Source: a virus (taxonomy: Duplodnaviria > Heunggongvirae > Uroviricota > Caudoviricetes). Taken from it: a DNA stretch of 64,000 bases. The notes below the pieces were generated by a model. That model saw only the letters and a program-made list of their open reading frames with translations, made no database searches and had not been told where the DNA came from. How positions within the stretch are numbered: the first letter of the stretch is position 1; each line of letters begins with the position of its first letter. Of this stretch, positions 44,860-55,526 are shown piece by piece. The position numbers and the translations under genes were made by a program. Location of the stretch: positions 122,906-186,905 of IMG/VR virus record IMGVR_UViG_3300001528_000136. One strand, 5' to 3'.

Positions 44860-47334
44860 TCAATTAACAAGTTTCTTACACCAATACCATAGTTCTCTAA
44901 TAACAGGAACTGCCGCAGTAACTCCCACTATCTTCAACCATGTCATAATGTCAAGAGGTTCTGTTCTAAATACATCACCACCAAATTGAACTATAAGTAC
45001 TTGACCTATAAATATAACTAAGCAAATACCTATAAATGCTGGATTTTTAAATAGACCATTGAATATGCTTCTATCCTGATTAAATACTCTAGCATTAAAT
45101 AGATTCCAGAATTGAAGCATTACAAAGATGGTAAAGAACTCAGTAAGTGAACAGATATTACTAATTAATAAGTATAGTAGAATACCAGTATAGATAAGTC
45201 CTACACCAAGAATCTCTGTCCACATTGGTTTAGTTATAATGAATGCTTTAGGGTCTCTAGGACTTTCTGACATTACAGCATCATTAGCTGGTTCAGTAGC
45301 TAAAGCAAGAGCCGCAAATGTATCCATAATTAGATTTACCCATAGCATCTGAGTTACAGTAAATGGTAAATCTACTCCTACAAATGGTCCTACACAAGCA
45401 ATAAGTATAGCTACAACATTGACAGTAAGCTGGAACAAGATAAAGTGTTGAATATTCTTATATAGACTTCTGCCCCACTTTACTCCTAAGATAATAGAAG
45501 GAAAAGAATTGTCTAACAAAATAACATCTGCTGCATTCTTAGCTATGTCAGTACCATTATTCATAGCTATACCTACCTCAGCTTGATTAAGAGCTGCTGA
45601 ATCATTACTACCATCTCCCACACTAGCAACAACCTCGCCCATTTGTTGGAATCGCTTAACTAATTCCTGTTTATCTTCAGGTCTAGTTCTAGCAAATACA
45701 TCTGTCTTAGCTAAGTTAGACATAGTTTGTCCAACTATATCATTTCCTAACATATAATTAGGAGTTTGAGATATATTTGCATCTTTAGCTATAGAACATG
45801 CAGTTTCTGGATTATCACCTGTTACTATCTTGACTTTGATTCCTGCGTTTCTAGCTACTTTAATTGCATCAGGTACATTAGTCCTAACAGGGTCTTCAAT
45901 AGCTACATAGCCGTCCCATATGAACTCATTAAGGGTATTTATATCTTTTGACACCTTATGAGCAAAGGCTATACAACGGCGACCTAATTTCTGTTGTTCA
46001 GCTACATTAGATATACCAATAGAATCTTTACAATATTTAGCTATAATTTCTGGGGCGCCCTTAATAAATATACGAGTTTCATTATCAAAATTAACAGCGG
46101 TAATCATATATTTATTTTTACTATTAAAGTCTACTCTATTAACTATAGAATATTCCTTTCTAATAGTATCAATGTCAGTTTCATCAAGGTCTGCCCATTT
46201 AAGACATGCTCCTTCAGTTGGATTTCCTATTGTATTACCATCTTTATCAAGACATGCAGTAGAGTTAAGAACAATATTAAAGTGTGTATTTTCATTAACT
46301 CCTTCTTGATATACTACTTTCATCTTATTCTCTGTTAGGGTTCCCGTTTTATCAGTAAGAATAAGAGTAGTAGAACCAAGTGTTTCACAAGCGTGCATCT
46401 TTCTAATTAGGTTATTAGACTTAGCCATTCTCTTCATAGAATATGCAAGAGCTAATGTTACAGCCATAGGTAAACCTTCAGGAACAGCTACTACAATAAG
46501 AGCTACAGCAATCATTAAGAATTGTAAACAATCATTTACAATACCAATTACTTCTTTACCTACATAGCCTTGTTCTATAAAGATATATCTAACTAATAGA
46601 GATATAATCAGAATAGCAGCAGCACTAAATGCTATCTTATTAATTAGACTAGCTAGACCATTTAATTGCTTATTAAGAGGAGTTTCTACATCAGTAATAG
46701 AAGAAGCTTCTCTTGCAGTCTTGCCAATCTCAGTTTCATCACCTATTGCAATCACTTCACAAGTACATGTACCTTCCGATACTATAGTACTCTTATAAAT
46801 ACAGTTAGTAGGATAAGTGCCATTAGCTTTATCATAATCATATTTAGATACTGGAACACTCTCACCTGTCAAAGAGGATTCATCTACTTTAAGATTCATA
46901 TATTCCCTAACTATGCAATCAGCAGGAATCTCTTCACCAGCACTAAGTATTACTATATCACCTACTACTAAGGCTCTTCTAGGTACTTCTAAAATATTAT
47001 CATCTCTTCTTACTTTAACTAGAGTATCATCACTACTAGTTAGGAGTAAGTCAAACTTCTTAGAAGCTGACCAAGTATTCCAGAATCCTAAACCTACTGC
47101 AATAGCTATGGCTGCTATAATACCAATAGGTTCTGAATACTCCGTTTTTATTATACCTATAACTAAAGAGATACATGCTGCTACTAACAAAATAACTATA
47201 AGAGGGTCTTTAAAACCGTCAAATAGCATTTTATACCAAGGATCTCTCTTAGGAGGTGTAAGTACATTATAACCGAAAGAAGATTGAAGAGCCTGTACTT
47301 CTGAACCACTTAATCCTTTACTTATATCTGTCAT
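44860..47334 (-). CDS. P2-type (SERCA/PMCA-like, probably Ca2+) cation-transporting P-type ATPase
   Basis: LTGESVPV (TGES actuator). PEGLPMAVTLALAYSMKRMAK (PEGLP, M4). ILTDKTGTLTENKM (DKTGTLT phosphorylation site). VGDGSNDSAALNQAEVGIAM (GDGxND). 824 aa with about 8-10 TM helices. Confidence 0.85.
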   Translation of the reverse strand: MTDISKGLSGSEVQALQSSFGYNVLTPPKRDPWYKMLFDGFKDPLIVILLVAACISLVIGIIKTEYSEPIGIIAAIAIAVGLGFWNTWSASKKFDLLLTSSDDTLVKVRRDDNILEVPRRALVVGDIVILSAGEEIPADCIVREYMNLKVDESSLTGESVPVSKYDYDKANGTYPTNCIYKSTIVSEGTCTCEVIAIGDETEIGKTAREASSITDVETPLNKQLNGLASLINKIAFSAAAILIISLLVRYIFIEQGYVGKEVIGIVNDCLQFLMIAVALIVVAVPEGLPMAVTLALAYSMKRMAKSNNLIRKMHACETLGSTTLILTDKTGTLTENKMKVVYQEGVNENTHFNIVLNSTACLDKDGNTIGNPTEGACLKWADLDETDIDTIRKEYSIVNRVDFNSKNKYMITAVNFDNETRIFIKGAPEIIAKYCKDSIGISNVAEQQKLGRRCIAFAHKVSKDINTLNEFIWDGYVAIEDPVRTNVPDAIKVARNAGIKVKIVTGDNPETACSIAKDANISQTPNYMLGNDIVGQTMSNLAKTDVFARTRPEDKQELVKRFQQMGEVVASVGDGSNDSAALNQAEVGIAMNNGTDIAKNAADVILLDNSFPSIILGVKWGRSLYKNIQHFILFQLTVNVVAILIACVGPFVGVDLPFTVTQMLWVNLIMDTFAALALATEPANDAVMSESPRDPKAFIITKPMWTEILGVGLIYTGILLYLLISNICSLTEFFTIFVMLQFWNLFNARVFNQDRSIFNGLFKNPAFIGICLVIFIGQVLIVQFGGDVFRTEPLDIMTWLKIVGVTAAVPVIRELWYWCKKLVN

Positions 47335-47353
47335 TGTAATATATCCTATTTAA

Positions 47354-47980
47354 TTAGAGAAATGCAATAGTTGGACGTTTCATTTCGTCAATAGAGTGCC
47401 ATCCGCCAAATTCACCAATAGCTTTAAATCGCCACTCTCCATCTTTCTTGTAAGCAATACCAAGAATTACAGCTTGTTTATCTGCAATCTTTGTACCTTC
47501 CTTACCATCTTCAAGATTAAACTTAGCTAAGACATTTACATTAGCTTTTGTGCTTTTCTGAACGGAATCAGCAGTATAAATACGAAGACCCATGTAAGGA
47601 ATCTTACCAAAAGATTGATGTGTAAAGTTATTGAGAATAAAAGCGAGATACTCTACTCTAGGGTCAAGTTCATTAAGATGTACTTCAATAGTCTCGTTAT
47701 CAAGACCATCATTACCATCTACATCACCAGTTCTATCATCACCAGAATGACGAATACCAGGAGCACTGAGTTTATAATAAGCCACTTCCCCAATACAGTT
47801 CTTATTACCATCATACATAAGAACAGAAGAGTCCAAATCTACTTTCTCAACGGAAGCACCGAAACCTAAGAATCCTTTACTTTGAATAGCACCCCAATTA
47901 GAACCAAAGAACAATTTCTCTAAGCCATTATTAGACTCTTTTGACAGATTAATTCTGCCACCTTTACTTAAATTAATCAT
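47354..47980 (-). CDS. TerD-domain protein (paralog 1)
   Basis: N-terminal MINLSKGGRINLSKE is typical of TerD/TerE/TerZ. Also ...HSGDDRTGDVDGNDGLDNETIEV (Ca-binding DxDxD-like). Confidence 0.65.
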   Translation of the reverse strand: MINLSKGGRINLSKESNNGLEKLFFGSNWGAIQSKGFLGFGASVEKVDLDSSVLMYDGNKNCIGEVAYYKLSAPGIRHSGDDRTGDVDGNDGLDNETIEVHLNELDPRVEYLAFILNNFTHQSFGKIPYMGLRIYTADSVQKSTKANVNVLAKFNLEDGKEGTKIADKQAVILGIAYKKDGEWRFKAIGEFGGWHSIDEMKRPTIAFL

Positions 47981-48089
47981 ATTATTTATTTAGTTAACTA
48001 ACTAGAACAAAAATGGGAGCACCTAATTAAAGGCGCTCCCTTATAGAATCATAAAACTTATTACTCAAAGATGTGATTTATCTAATTAA

Positions 48090-48686
48090 TTAGATAGATG
48101 GTTGTACATCTTGAAAACCATAGCTCTGAAGAATGTCGCAATAGAGAACATCATTGTAGCTACCCTTGTCAGTACCAAGAGCTTCAAACTTCCATTCTCC
48201 ATTGTGCTTGTACAAGCGACAGAATACAATACAACGACTCATAGAAGCATCCTCAGTAAGGTCAAACTTAGCAAGAGGTTCAGCTTGCCCTTTGGCATAG
48301 AGCTTACAATAAGCATTATTTACCATACCAAAGTTCTGTTGACGATTTCTAGCATCATGGATATTAACTAGGATAACTACTTCTTCAACACTAGTTGGAA
48401 CCTTAGTAGTATCCACAATGATTGTTTCATCATCACCTTCACCTGCACCGTCACGGTTGTCACCAGAATGCTTAATAGCATTTTTCCAATTAGGTTGGTT
48501 GTAGAAAATCAACGCATCTTGCTCTACACACTTCTTAGAAGCATTAAGAGGAATTGCAGCCACATCAAGATCAAACTGTTTACCAGCTTGAGCCGCTACA
48601 TCCCAGCCTAAACCAACTGAAAACTCAGTTACACCACTTGCTTCTTTAGTAAGATTAATCTTACCACCTTTTGATAAATTTAACAT
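48090..48686 (-). CDS. TerD-domain protein (paralog 2)
   Basis: MLNLSKGGKINLTKEASG... and HSGDNRDGAGEGDDETIIV. Similar in sequence to 47354..47980. Confidence 0.65.
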   Translation of the reverse strand: MLNLSKGGKINLTKEASGVTEFSVGLGWDVAAQAGKQFDLDVAAIPLNASKKCVEQDALIFYNQPNWKNAIKHSGDNRDGAGEGDDETIIVDTTKVPTSVEEVVILVNIHDARNRQQNFGMVNNAYCKLYAKGQAEPLAKFDLTEDASMSRCIVFCRLYKHNGEWKFEALGTDKGSYNDVLYCDILQSYGFQDVQPSI

Positions 48687-48744
48687 AATTATATGATTTA
48701 TTTAATTACTATAAGAGCTTTGTGCCCTTATTTTTAATTCCTAA

Positions 48745-48927
48745 TTAATCTTCTCTAGATAGTTCAAAGTCAGCTTCCATATCAACTGCATAATCAGCTA
48801 GTGAATTATGTAGTATCATTAAATATAACTTATCTAGAGAATCGGATATATGTTCGAGACTATCAGCTATTCTACTTAATCTATTAATTAGTTTAGCTTG
48901 ATTCTCTTTTTCTTCTATTGTAAGCAT
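48745..48927 (-). CDS. hypothetical protein (60 aa)
   Basis: Intact ORF immediately downstream of the ACP gene. Confidence 0.25.
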   Translation of the reverse strand: MLTIEEKENQAKLINRLSRIADSLEHISDSLDKLYLMILHNSLADYAVDMEADFELSRED

Positions 48928-49154
48928 TATTTAACACGTGATAATATGTAAGATTGTAGTCTATTTAAGTTATTTAATTCATCTATTTTATAATCAGGAA
49001 TATCAATATTAAATTCTTTTTCAATAGACATAATTAAATCTGTCTTATCTAGACTATCTAAACCCATATCTGAAAAATCTTCAGTAGGGTCATCTGTTGG
49101 TCCCAAGTAAGATTCAACTATTTGTCTTACCTTTTTAGTTACTTCTTTGTTCAT
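48927..49154 (-). CDS. acyl carrier protein
   Basis: DMGLDSLDKTDLIMSIEKEFNIDIP contains the phosphopantetheine-attachment DSL motif of ACPs. 75 aa. Confidence 0.7.
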   Translation of the reverse strand: MNKEVTKKVRQIVESYLGPTDDPTEDFSDMGLDSLDKTDLIMSIEKEFNIDIPDYKIDELNNLNRLQSYILSRVK

Positions 49155-49277
49155 TTATAAACTTACTAAGTTTTTCTTGTAATTGTTCAATTTCCTTTTT
49201 AAGTTCTATGAGTCCCCTCCCCCATTTCACTTATTCTGTTGTTATCATTTCGTCTAGTTTTTTATTTAAACTATTCA

Positions 49278-49670
49278 TTATTCAAGAATTTTCACTTTGA
49301 CATGTTTTATACTAATTCTCTTACTATCTTTTGGATGTATGAGAATATCAATGCGGTGCTTATGTCTTTTGTTCATAATGTCACGAACTTCATAAACACC
49401 CATACCTTCTATATACACTCTCTTTGGCTTATTTTTAGGAAAGAGATAAAGAAGATCACGAGAGATTGCACACCATTTAATATTGCCTCTTTTTAAATGA
49501 TGCAGATTAATTTTAGAACCATCAGCAGTAACTAATGGTTCATTATTACATTGACTCTTAACAGGTTGATAACAAGTAAGAGTAACATGTGTAGTTATAC
49601 TTTTAGATTGCGCTTTATTAGTCCAATTAATTAGACTAAATAAAATTGCTATAAATAATATACGCTTCAT
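49278..49670 (-). CDS. secreted 3D-domain (MltA/RlpA-like) cell-wall-binding protein
   Basis: Signal peptide MKRILFIAILFSLINWTNKAQS. ...TCYQP...TADGSKIN...WCAISRDLL...VYIEGMGVYEVRD resembles the 3D domain. Confidence 0.45.
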   Translation of the reverse strand: MKRILFIAILFSLINWTNKAQSKSITTHVTLTCYQPVKSQCNNEPLVTADGSKINLHHLKRGNIKWCAISRDLLYLFPKNKPKRVYIEGMGVYEVRDIMNKRHKHRIDILIHPKDSKRISIKHVKVKILE

Positions 49671-49965
49671 CTTAATCTTTTTTATTTAATTCTTCTAAAA
49701 TATAAGATAAATAATTACGGACAACTTGTTTTGGAACATAATTGTCAAATATTTTTACTTCATGCTGTAAATCAAATATAGCTGCTTTAGCTTTTTTAAT
49801 CCCCATAATTATTTAACTATTTTATTTATAAGATTCTTATAATTAAAATATGCTAGAGACTTATACAAAGCTCTTTTGGCATCAAGATATTCTGTAACTG
49901 AGTAAAACTTAGTATTTAAAAACTCATTTTGTATCTTATCCCATTTCTTTGCAGTTTCATTTAAT

Positions 49966-50373
49966 TTATTTATTATACCAATAAACATGAGTAAAATCAG
50001 TTCTTATTATTCCTTTAGTAATCATACTAGGAATAGCTGATAAGTCAGACTTTTTATCAGAATAGCCATAAACTCCAAAACCATCATCATCTATAAACAC
50101 ATATTGTTTACAAAACTTAACAAAACCTTTTAAAGTGAATCTATCACCACATTTATCCGACTCTGTTAAAACTATATTAGTCATTGGTCTATTTAACAAT
50201 TCTAATTCCATAAAATGCTCATACTTTTTATATTCTTTAGATTCAAATAATCTATTTCTATCTTTTAACCGAGCCTTCATTGTGGGAAATTCCTTATTCC
50301 AATGTTCTTCATAAAGAGCATCCCATGTTTCTTCTGCTTTAGCTAATTCTTTAGTTATTTCTTCGTATGACAT
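49966..50373 (-). CDS. hypothetical protein (135 aa)
   Basis: Intact ORF. Confidence 0.3.
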   Translation of the reverse strand: MSYEEITKELAKAEETWDALYEEHWNKEFPTMKARLKDRNRLFESKEYKKYEHFMELELLNRPMTNIVLTESDKCGDRFTLKGFVKFCKQYVFIDDDGFGVYGYSDKKSDLSAIPSMITKGIIRTDFTHVYWYNK

Positions 50374-50375
50374 AA

Positions 50376-50774
50376 TTATTTAGTTAAATCCCAAGGTGTT
50401 AATTTATTAGATACATCTAATAATCCACCTTGCCACCACGATTGAATATCCATACTAAACCATTTTCCTTCTTTAGTTCTTGCAAACCAGATTATATTAT
50501 CATCATATCTAGGAATATAACATCCTATAAAATAATCTGTGTAACCATTCCATATCCAATCATATCTAAGTGAATTATTAACTAGATGTATTTTCAAATG
50601 TATATTAGCTTTGTTAAATGGGATTACTTTTTTAACATAAGCCTTATACATTCTAGATGTTCTTATTTTACCATCATCAAAGAAATTATATATTCTTCCT
50701 TTCTTTGGTAACATTTCTATATTTCCCAATCTATATTTACTTTTATAGGATTTATACCATATTCCATCGCCCAA
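50376..50774 (-). CDS. hypothetical protein (132 aa)
   Basis: Intact ORF. Confidence 0.3.
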   Translation of the reverse strand: MGDGIWYKSYKSKYRLGNIEMLPKKGRIYNFFDDGKIRTSRMYKAYVKKVIPFNKANIHLKIHLVNNSLRYDWIWNGYTDYFIGCYIPRYDDNIIWFARTKEGKWFSMDIQSWWQGGLLDVSNKLTPWDLTK

Positions 50775-50882
50775 ATCTTATGGAATTTGCCATATATAAT
50801 CAAATTAAACATACCCCTTCTAAGATAAGGCATTGGTATATCCTGATTACCAAAATTTCTTTTTAAAGCTCTAATATAGTTA

Positions 50883-51122
50883 TTAACTATTATTACTTGT
50901 AGAAGATTCTTCGACTTTTTTAAACTGTGCATAAGTATGATTATAAATAATAGGTTTATTATTCTGCCAGTTTAACTCTGGTTCTCCATTTTCTTTAAGA
51001 ATTAGAATTTTACAAAAACTATTTCTAACTTCTTGGATAATACCTATCTTACCTAAGTCATCTTTATGAGTTGAAGTAATCTGAACTTTATCACCTTTAT
51101 TAAATAGTTTATAATGTTTCAC
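50883..51122 (-). CDS. hypothetical protein (79 aa)
   Basis: Intact ORF. Confidence 0.25.
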   Translation of the reverse strand: MKHYKLFNKGDKVQITSTHKDDLGKIGIIQEVRNSFCKILILKENGEPELNWQNNKPIIYNHTYAQFKKVEESSTSNNS

Positions 51123-51402
51123 TTGATTATATAATTAATTATATATTTTAGTATTAAGCATGATATATCATAGATAAAATAAAACGTGTAACTGCACCAA
51201 TAAATCCCACTAACATAATGTAAGAAAGTATTGAAGCTTCTTGTTCAACTTCTTTTATTTTTGCTTTTCATACTCTTTCCCTTGTTCTTCGCACTCTTCT
51301 AAAGTGCAATGAGTGCCTAAAAACAAGAGTGAATGCCTACCACTACTAGGCTTTGGACTATAGGCTCTATGCAAAGCAAGTATTATATTACTCATACTAA
51401 AA

Positions 51403-51618
51403 TTAATTATAATCAGAAATACTATTTAATTTAGGAACATAATTAGCAATATTATTCTGTTGTCTTTCTAAATTCTCAATAGCCACAGCTTGTTTAGTTA
51501 CTGTATTTTGTAATTTAGATAATCTAGCATTGTCACTAATTGATTTTCCTGTTAAACAACCAATAGTTATTAGTAATACTACTATAACTAATAAATAAGA
51601 GACTCTTTCTTTATTCAT
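51403..51618 (-). CDS. hypothetical membrane-anchored protein (71 aa)
   Basis: N-terminal TM helix. Confidence 0.25.
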   Translation of the reverse strand: MNKERVSYLLVIVVLLITIGCLTGKSISDNARLSKLQNTVTKQAVAIENLERQQNNIANYVPKLNSISDYN

Positions 51619-52051
51619 CTATTGTGCTTACTTTTAATTTATTGTCTTTTAACCAATTATTTAATTGACTGATAGCATTATTCCAATCTACCTCGGAGCA
51701 TATCTTATAATATTTTACAAAATCTATCTCCTTAACTCTAAGATGTGTAATTCCTGCACTTACTCCATTAGGTATAATACGAGTAACTATATATTTATAA
51801 CTAGTATCTCCTATAGATATTCTTATAATAGAATTATCACCTTTATAATATGGATTTAACTTAATAGTTGTTTCATCCAATTGATTTTGTTTATCTATTA
51901 TACTAGCTATAACATCATCTATAGTATTATCTAGTTTACTACGTTGGTTTAGAAGTCTCCCCTTGAGTTCTTCTAAATCTTGTAAAGACATATCACTATA
52001 ATTACTCATTTTTCTTATCAAGAGTTGTAGAGATTGATTCCATAAAACCAC
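51611..52051 (-). CDS. hypothetical protein (146 aa)
   Basis: Intact ORF. Confidence 0.3.
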   Translation of the reverse strand: MVLWNQSLQLLIRKMSNYSDMSLQDLEELKGRLLNQRSKLDNTIDDVIASIIDKQNQLDETTIKLNPYYKGDNSIIRISIGDTSYKYIVTRIIPNGVSAGITHLRVKEIDFVKYYKICSEVDWNNAISQLNNWLKDNKLKVSTIDE

Positions 52052-52214
52052 ATATAGTATTATTTAAACTATTTATTCTTTTATCCATAATGTCAAGAGC
52101 ATTATAAATGTTTACATAATAATCTTGACGACGAAGTTTAAAATCCAAAACTACATTAGTTATAATACATGCAGCTATAATTAAGACTACAATTGTAAAA
52201 CATGCTTCCATCAT
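52002..52214 (-). CDS. small membrane protein (70 aa)
   Basis: N-terminal TM helix. Confidence 0.25.
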   Translation of the reverse strand: MMEACFTIVVLIIAACIITNVVLDFKLRRQDYYVNIYNALDIMDKRINSLNNTICGFMESISTTLDKKNE

Positions 52215-52528
52215 TTTTTCTTATAATTAAGTAAAAAATTCATACTTTCATAAAGAGGTTCAGCACACATTAACCATTGACTATTAGAAACTGGTTCATT
52301 ATTAATGATTTTATCTTTAATTATAGATAAACCATTAATAATAATATCTAAGTTACTAATAATATTCTCTTTAGATAATTCAGAAGTCATTAATACTTTA
52401 AATTATAATGTGACCTATATAATGGATTATTAACTAAATATTCTTTAGCTCTTTCACCGTTTTTAAATTCAATTTCTTCGTAAGTTTCCATATTACTACT
52501 ACTATTTATACCTCAAAGAGGTTGTTAA

Positions 52529-52870
52529 TTAATCTGTTACTTTCCTAAATTTCTCTCTCTTAAAATCTATATATCTGTAATTGAGAGCTAATTCTTCTAA
52601 TAAGTACTTTACGTCATTAGCAACCAACTTAGCGGCTTCCTTTGATGTAATCGTAGGGTTTGCAGCCAGTCTTCCTTGGAGTGCTGCTATGGCATAATCA
52701 TGTGCAAAATTGTCTATAGTATGAACGTAATGAGCATACCCATTCTCTGTAAGTGCTTTTAAGTCACTTAACCAAATTGCAAGTTGTCTGTGTTCTAAAG
52801 CACACTCTTCACAATTTGAAAGTTCTAAGGCTTTCTGCTTGCAATGCTTTATTGCTTCATCAAGTGTCAT
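52529..52870 (-). CDS. hypothetical protein (113 aa)
   Basis: Intact ORF. Confidence 0.3.
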   Translation of the reverse strand: MTLDEAIKHCKQKALELSNCEECALEHRQLAIWLSDLKALTENGYAHYVHTIDNFAHDYAIAALQGRLAANPTITSKEAAKLVANDVKYLLEELALNYRYIDFKREKFRKVTD

Positions 52871-53277
52871 TGTTTTTCTTCATAAGTTAAACCTGCTAAA
52901 CCAAATATTCCTTCAATCCCATCCAAATCGTTAGAATCTAAATCTGGTACAGGAACGTCTGGAAATAGTTGTTTGTGTAAGGTTATGCGTCGTTTAATTC
53001 CAAAGGCTCGTTGCACTAAGTCCAGAGAAGTCTTATCGTAGATGTTATTAATAAATGATGACGGGTCAATACTACGCATTTTACTTGCAATATCTGTTGT
53101 TGTGTCATCTCCTATATCTAATTCTTGTTCAAATTTTATTTTTACAGTACGATAGTCCATGATACATTTTTCAATGTTTTGTAAAGAAGCCATACTTAGC
53201 TGCTTTAAAACAGTATCAACTCTCTGCAATTTCAATTCTGTATTGCTTTGTGCTAATTGTTGCTTTATACTTTTCAT
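52867..53277 (-). CDS. hypothetical protein (136 aa)
   Basis: Intact ORF. Confidence 0.3.
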   Translation of the reverse strand: MKSIKQQLAQSNTELKLQRVDTVLKQLSMASLQNIEKCIMDYRTVKIKFEQELDIGDDTTTDIASKMRSIDPSSFINNIYDKTSLDLVQRAFGIKRRITLHKQLFPDVPVPDLDSNDLDGIEGIFGLAGLTYEEKQ

Positions 53278-53428
53278 ATTACTACTATTTAGCCCGAAGG
53301 CTGTTAAACAATCAGCATCACTTTGTCGTTTATAACATTGATGCCTTTTATTACTTTACTATCTTGTGTGCAAACCTTTCGTTTACCTAAAGGTTTAATT
53401 AATGCTGCTAGTTGTTGTGCTGTCATAC

Positions 53429-53767
53429 CTACACCTTCATATTATTGTTAATACCTAAGCCAAAGAGAAGGTGCTGGAGTTCATGGACATACTTAATTTT
53501 TACCCAAAAATTGCCAGTATCAAACGCAAAAGCAGCAGCAACGGTGTCTAAGGAAAGTTTTCCATTTTCCCATGAGCCAAATACATGCTTTTTCCACCCA
53601 TTCTTCTCAAGAATCTCTGGAGTGAGAAGAATTGGTCGTATTTCCTCTGGTAAACCTAAGTCCAAACAATGTAAAGGTTTAATATTCCACCGTCCTTTAG
53701 AATCTCTTATCGAAACTAAATCTCCTGGTATATATTTCTGTTTCATGCTACTTTTCTTTCTTTTCAA
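53429..53767 (-). CDS. hypothetical protein (112 aa)
   Basis: Intact ORF. The plus-strand ORF 53412..53792 is its antisense shadow. Confidence 0.3.
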   Translation of the reverse strand: MKRKKSSMKQKYIPGDLVSIRDSKGRWNIKPLHCLDLGLPEEIRPILLTPEILEKNGWKKHVFGSWENGKLSLDTVAAAFAFDTGNFWVKIKYVHELQHLLFGLGINNNMKV

Positions 53768-53948
53768 CGAATATTACATTCTTACCATCTGAGCGGCAAC
53801 AACTCATGCACGTATCTTCGCAGTGGTGTGGTACTAATATACTTTCAAAAAAGCATCCTTCGCATCCACCTTTAGGAGCTTCTTTTACTTCCAAGATAAT
53901 CTGCTCACCTACCTTATATTCTTTCATCATGAAAATAATATTTTTCAA
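53748..53948 (-). CDS. small Cys-rich (putative zinc-binding) protein (66 aa)
   Basis: ...GGCEGCFFESILVPHHCEDTCMSCC... has multiple CxxC-like pairs. Confidence 0.3.
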   Translation of the reverse strand: MKNIIFMMKEYKVGEQIILEVKEAPKGGCEGCFFESILVPHHCEDTCMSCCRSDGKNVIFVEKKEK

Positions 53949-54089
53949 TTTTACGTTTAGCTATTGCTACTCTAGCATCTTGTTTCTCGGTGCAACCTTT
54001 ACATACTTCTTTCTGCCAATAAGAGACTTTCTTACGTCTGCCATCAAAGGTAAAACAAGAAGTCATTATCTTAAAAGCCAGTCTTAATC

Positions 54090-54440
54090 TCATTGCTCAC
54101 CTCCTTTCTTCTTTGGTAAGAGGTCATCTATGTAGAACCAACGAACTACCCTCACATTACTGAGATATTTGTCTTCTATATCATTTAATTCCCATTTTTT
54201 ATAGAAATAAAGGCCCTCATATACATGATTACTTGTTCCAGTTAGTTCAATGTCTGCAAGTATTAGTGTTTTATACTTAGGCTTTTCATTAGCATCATGC
54301 CACAAGTCCTTCAAGAACTCCTGTATTGCCCAATTAGCACCTGCTTGGAATGCAAATAGCTCATCCATATTATAGGAAAATCCACAATTATCTTGACTAT
54401 AATTATATGCAGCTTCTTCTATCTTCTTTTTGTCTAACAT
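54090..54440 (-). CDS. hypothetical protein (116 aa)
   Basis: Intact ORF. Confidence 0.3.
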   Translation of the reverse strand: MLDKKKIEEAAYNYSQDNCGFSYNMDELFAFQAGANWAIQEFLKDLWHDANEKPKYKTLILADIELTGTSNHVYEGLYFYKKWELNDIEDKYLSNVRVVRWFYIDDLLPKKKGGEQ

Positions 54441-54602
54441 AATTTTTAATTATTGAAAAAATAACAATCAGGTATTATAATAAATACGTTCTGTCTATTA
54501 GTTATTCCTATAGCAGCTTTATCTTGAATATAATTAGAACGGTATACAACTTCTAAATCACCGTAGTAATCAATACAAGATTGTAATTCTTTTATAAATT
54601 CA

Positions 54603-54998
54603 CTAGCTTTCATTTTCTAATATACCAAACACAGAACCGTCGGCAAATGTGTAACACTGTAACATTTCATCAAAAGTATAATCAGTAGCCCAAATAACAA
54701 TGTGTTTATTGGTTATGTTATTAATAAACATGTATTTAGATGGAACTGTTTTATCCTTAGACTTTATCCACCCAAACGGCTGATGCTTCTGCATTTCCTG
54801 CCAGCATTCCTCTGCGTTGGCAAAGGGTCTATAGGTAGGGGATGGTTTAATGCGAAATAACTCTGGATTAGTTTCAAGTGCATTTAATTCTAATTCTTTT
54901 CTATCACTCCATCCAAGAATAGTACTAACTTGTATTGTTTTTCCTTCACTGAATGCTTTGATAATAGGTAACAGCTGTTTTACTTTTTCTCTTGTCAT
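54603..54998 (-). CDS. hypothetical protein (131 aa)
   Basis: Intact ORF. Confidence 0.3.
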   Translation of the reverse strand: MTREKVKQLLPIIKAFSEGKTIQVSTILGWSDRKELELNALETNPELFRIKPSPTYRPFANAEECWQEMQKHQPFGWIKSKDKTVPSKYMFINNITNKHIVIWATDYTFDEMLQCYTFADGSVFGILENES

Positions 54999-55268
54999 TT
55001 ATTTACAATTTTATCATATAGTATTTCAGCAATATCAGCTGCTTTATCTATAGTATCATTTATAAAAGGATATGGATTATATCCATTAGCTTTAGAACCC
55101 ATTATATCAGCAGATACTAATTGGGCAGCTATTTGATATTTAATTAAATTTATTTCAGTTTGTGTCATTTAAATACTATTTTACAACCTATTAAATAAAT
55201 ATTATATATAAACTTATTCTTAGGATATTCATTACACAAACATCCCAATTCAGAAATAAAATCCTTCA

Positions 55269-55526
55269 TTATTCAAATCTATTCTTTTTCACCCTTGTAG
55301 GTGGATATATCCATAGTTTATTATTAGCACCATTTGCTTTATTATCTAAATATTCTATAAAATCATTTGTATACAATTTTCCATTCAAAGTTTCTTTACC
55401 AATAAATATGTATATAGGAATATAAAGAAGTGCTCTACATGTAAACTCTGTAAGACCTACAAATGCTGACATAAGTAAAACCATTACATAGAGTAATCTC
55501 CATAAGACATTATTAATATATCTCAT
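55269..55526 (-). CDS. small membrane protein (85 aa)
   Basis: Two hydrophobic helices. Confidence 0.25.
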   Translation of the reverse strand: MRYINNVLWRLLYVMVLLMSAFVGLTEFTCRALLYIPIYIFIGKETLNGKLYTNDFIEYLDNKANGANNKLWIYPPTRVKKNRFE

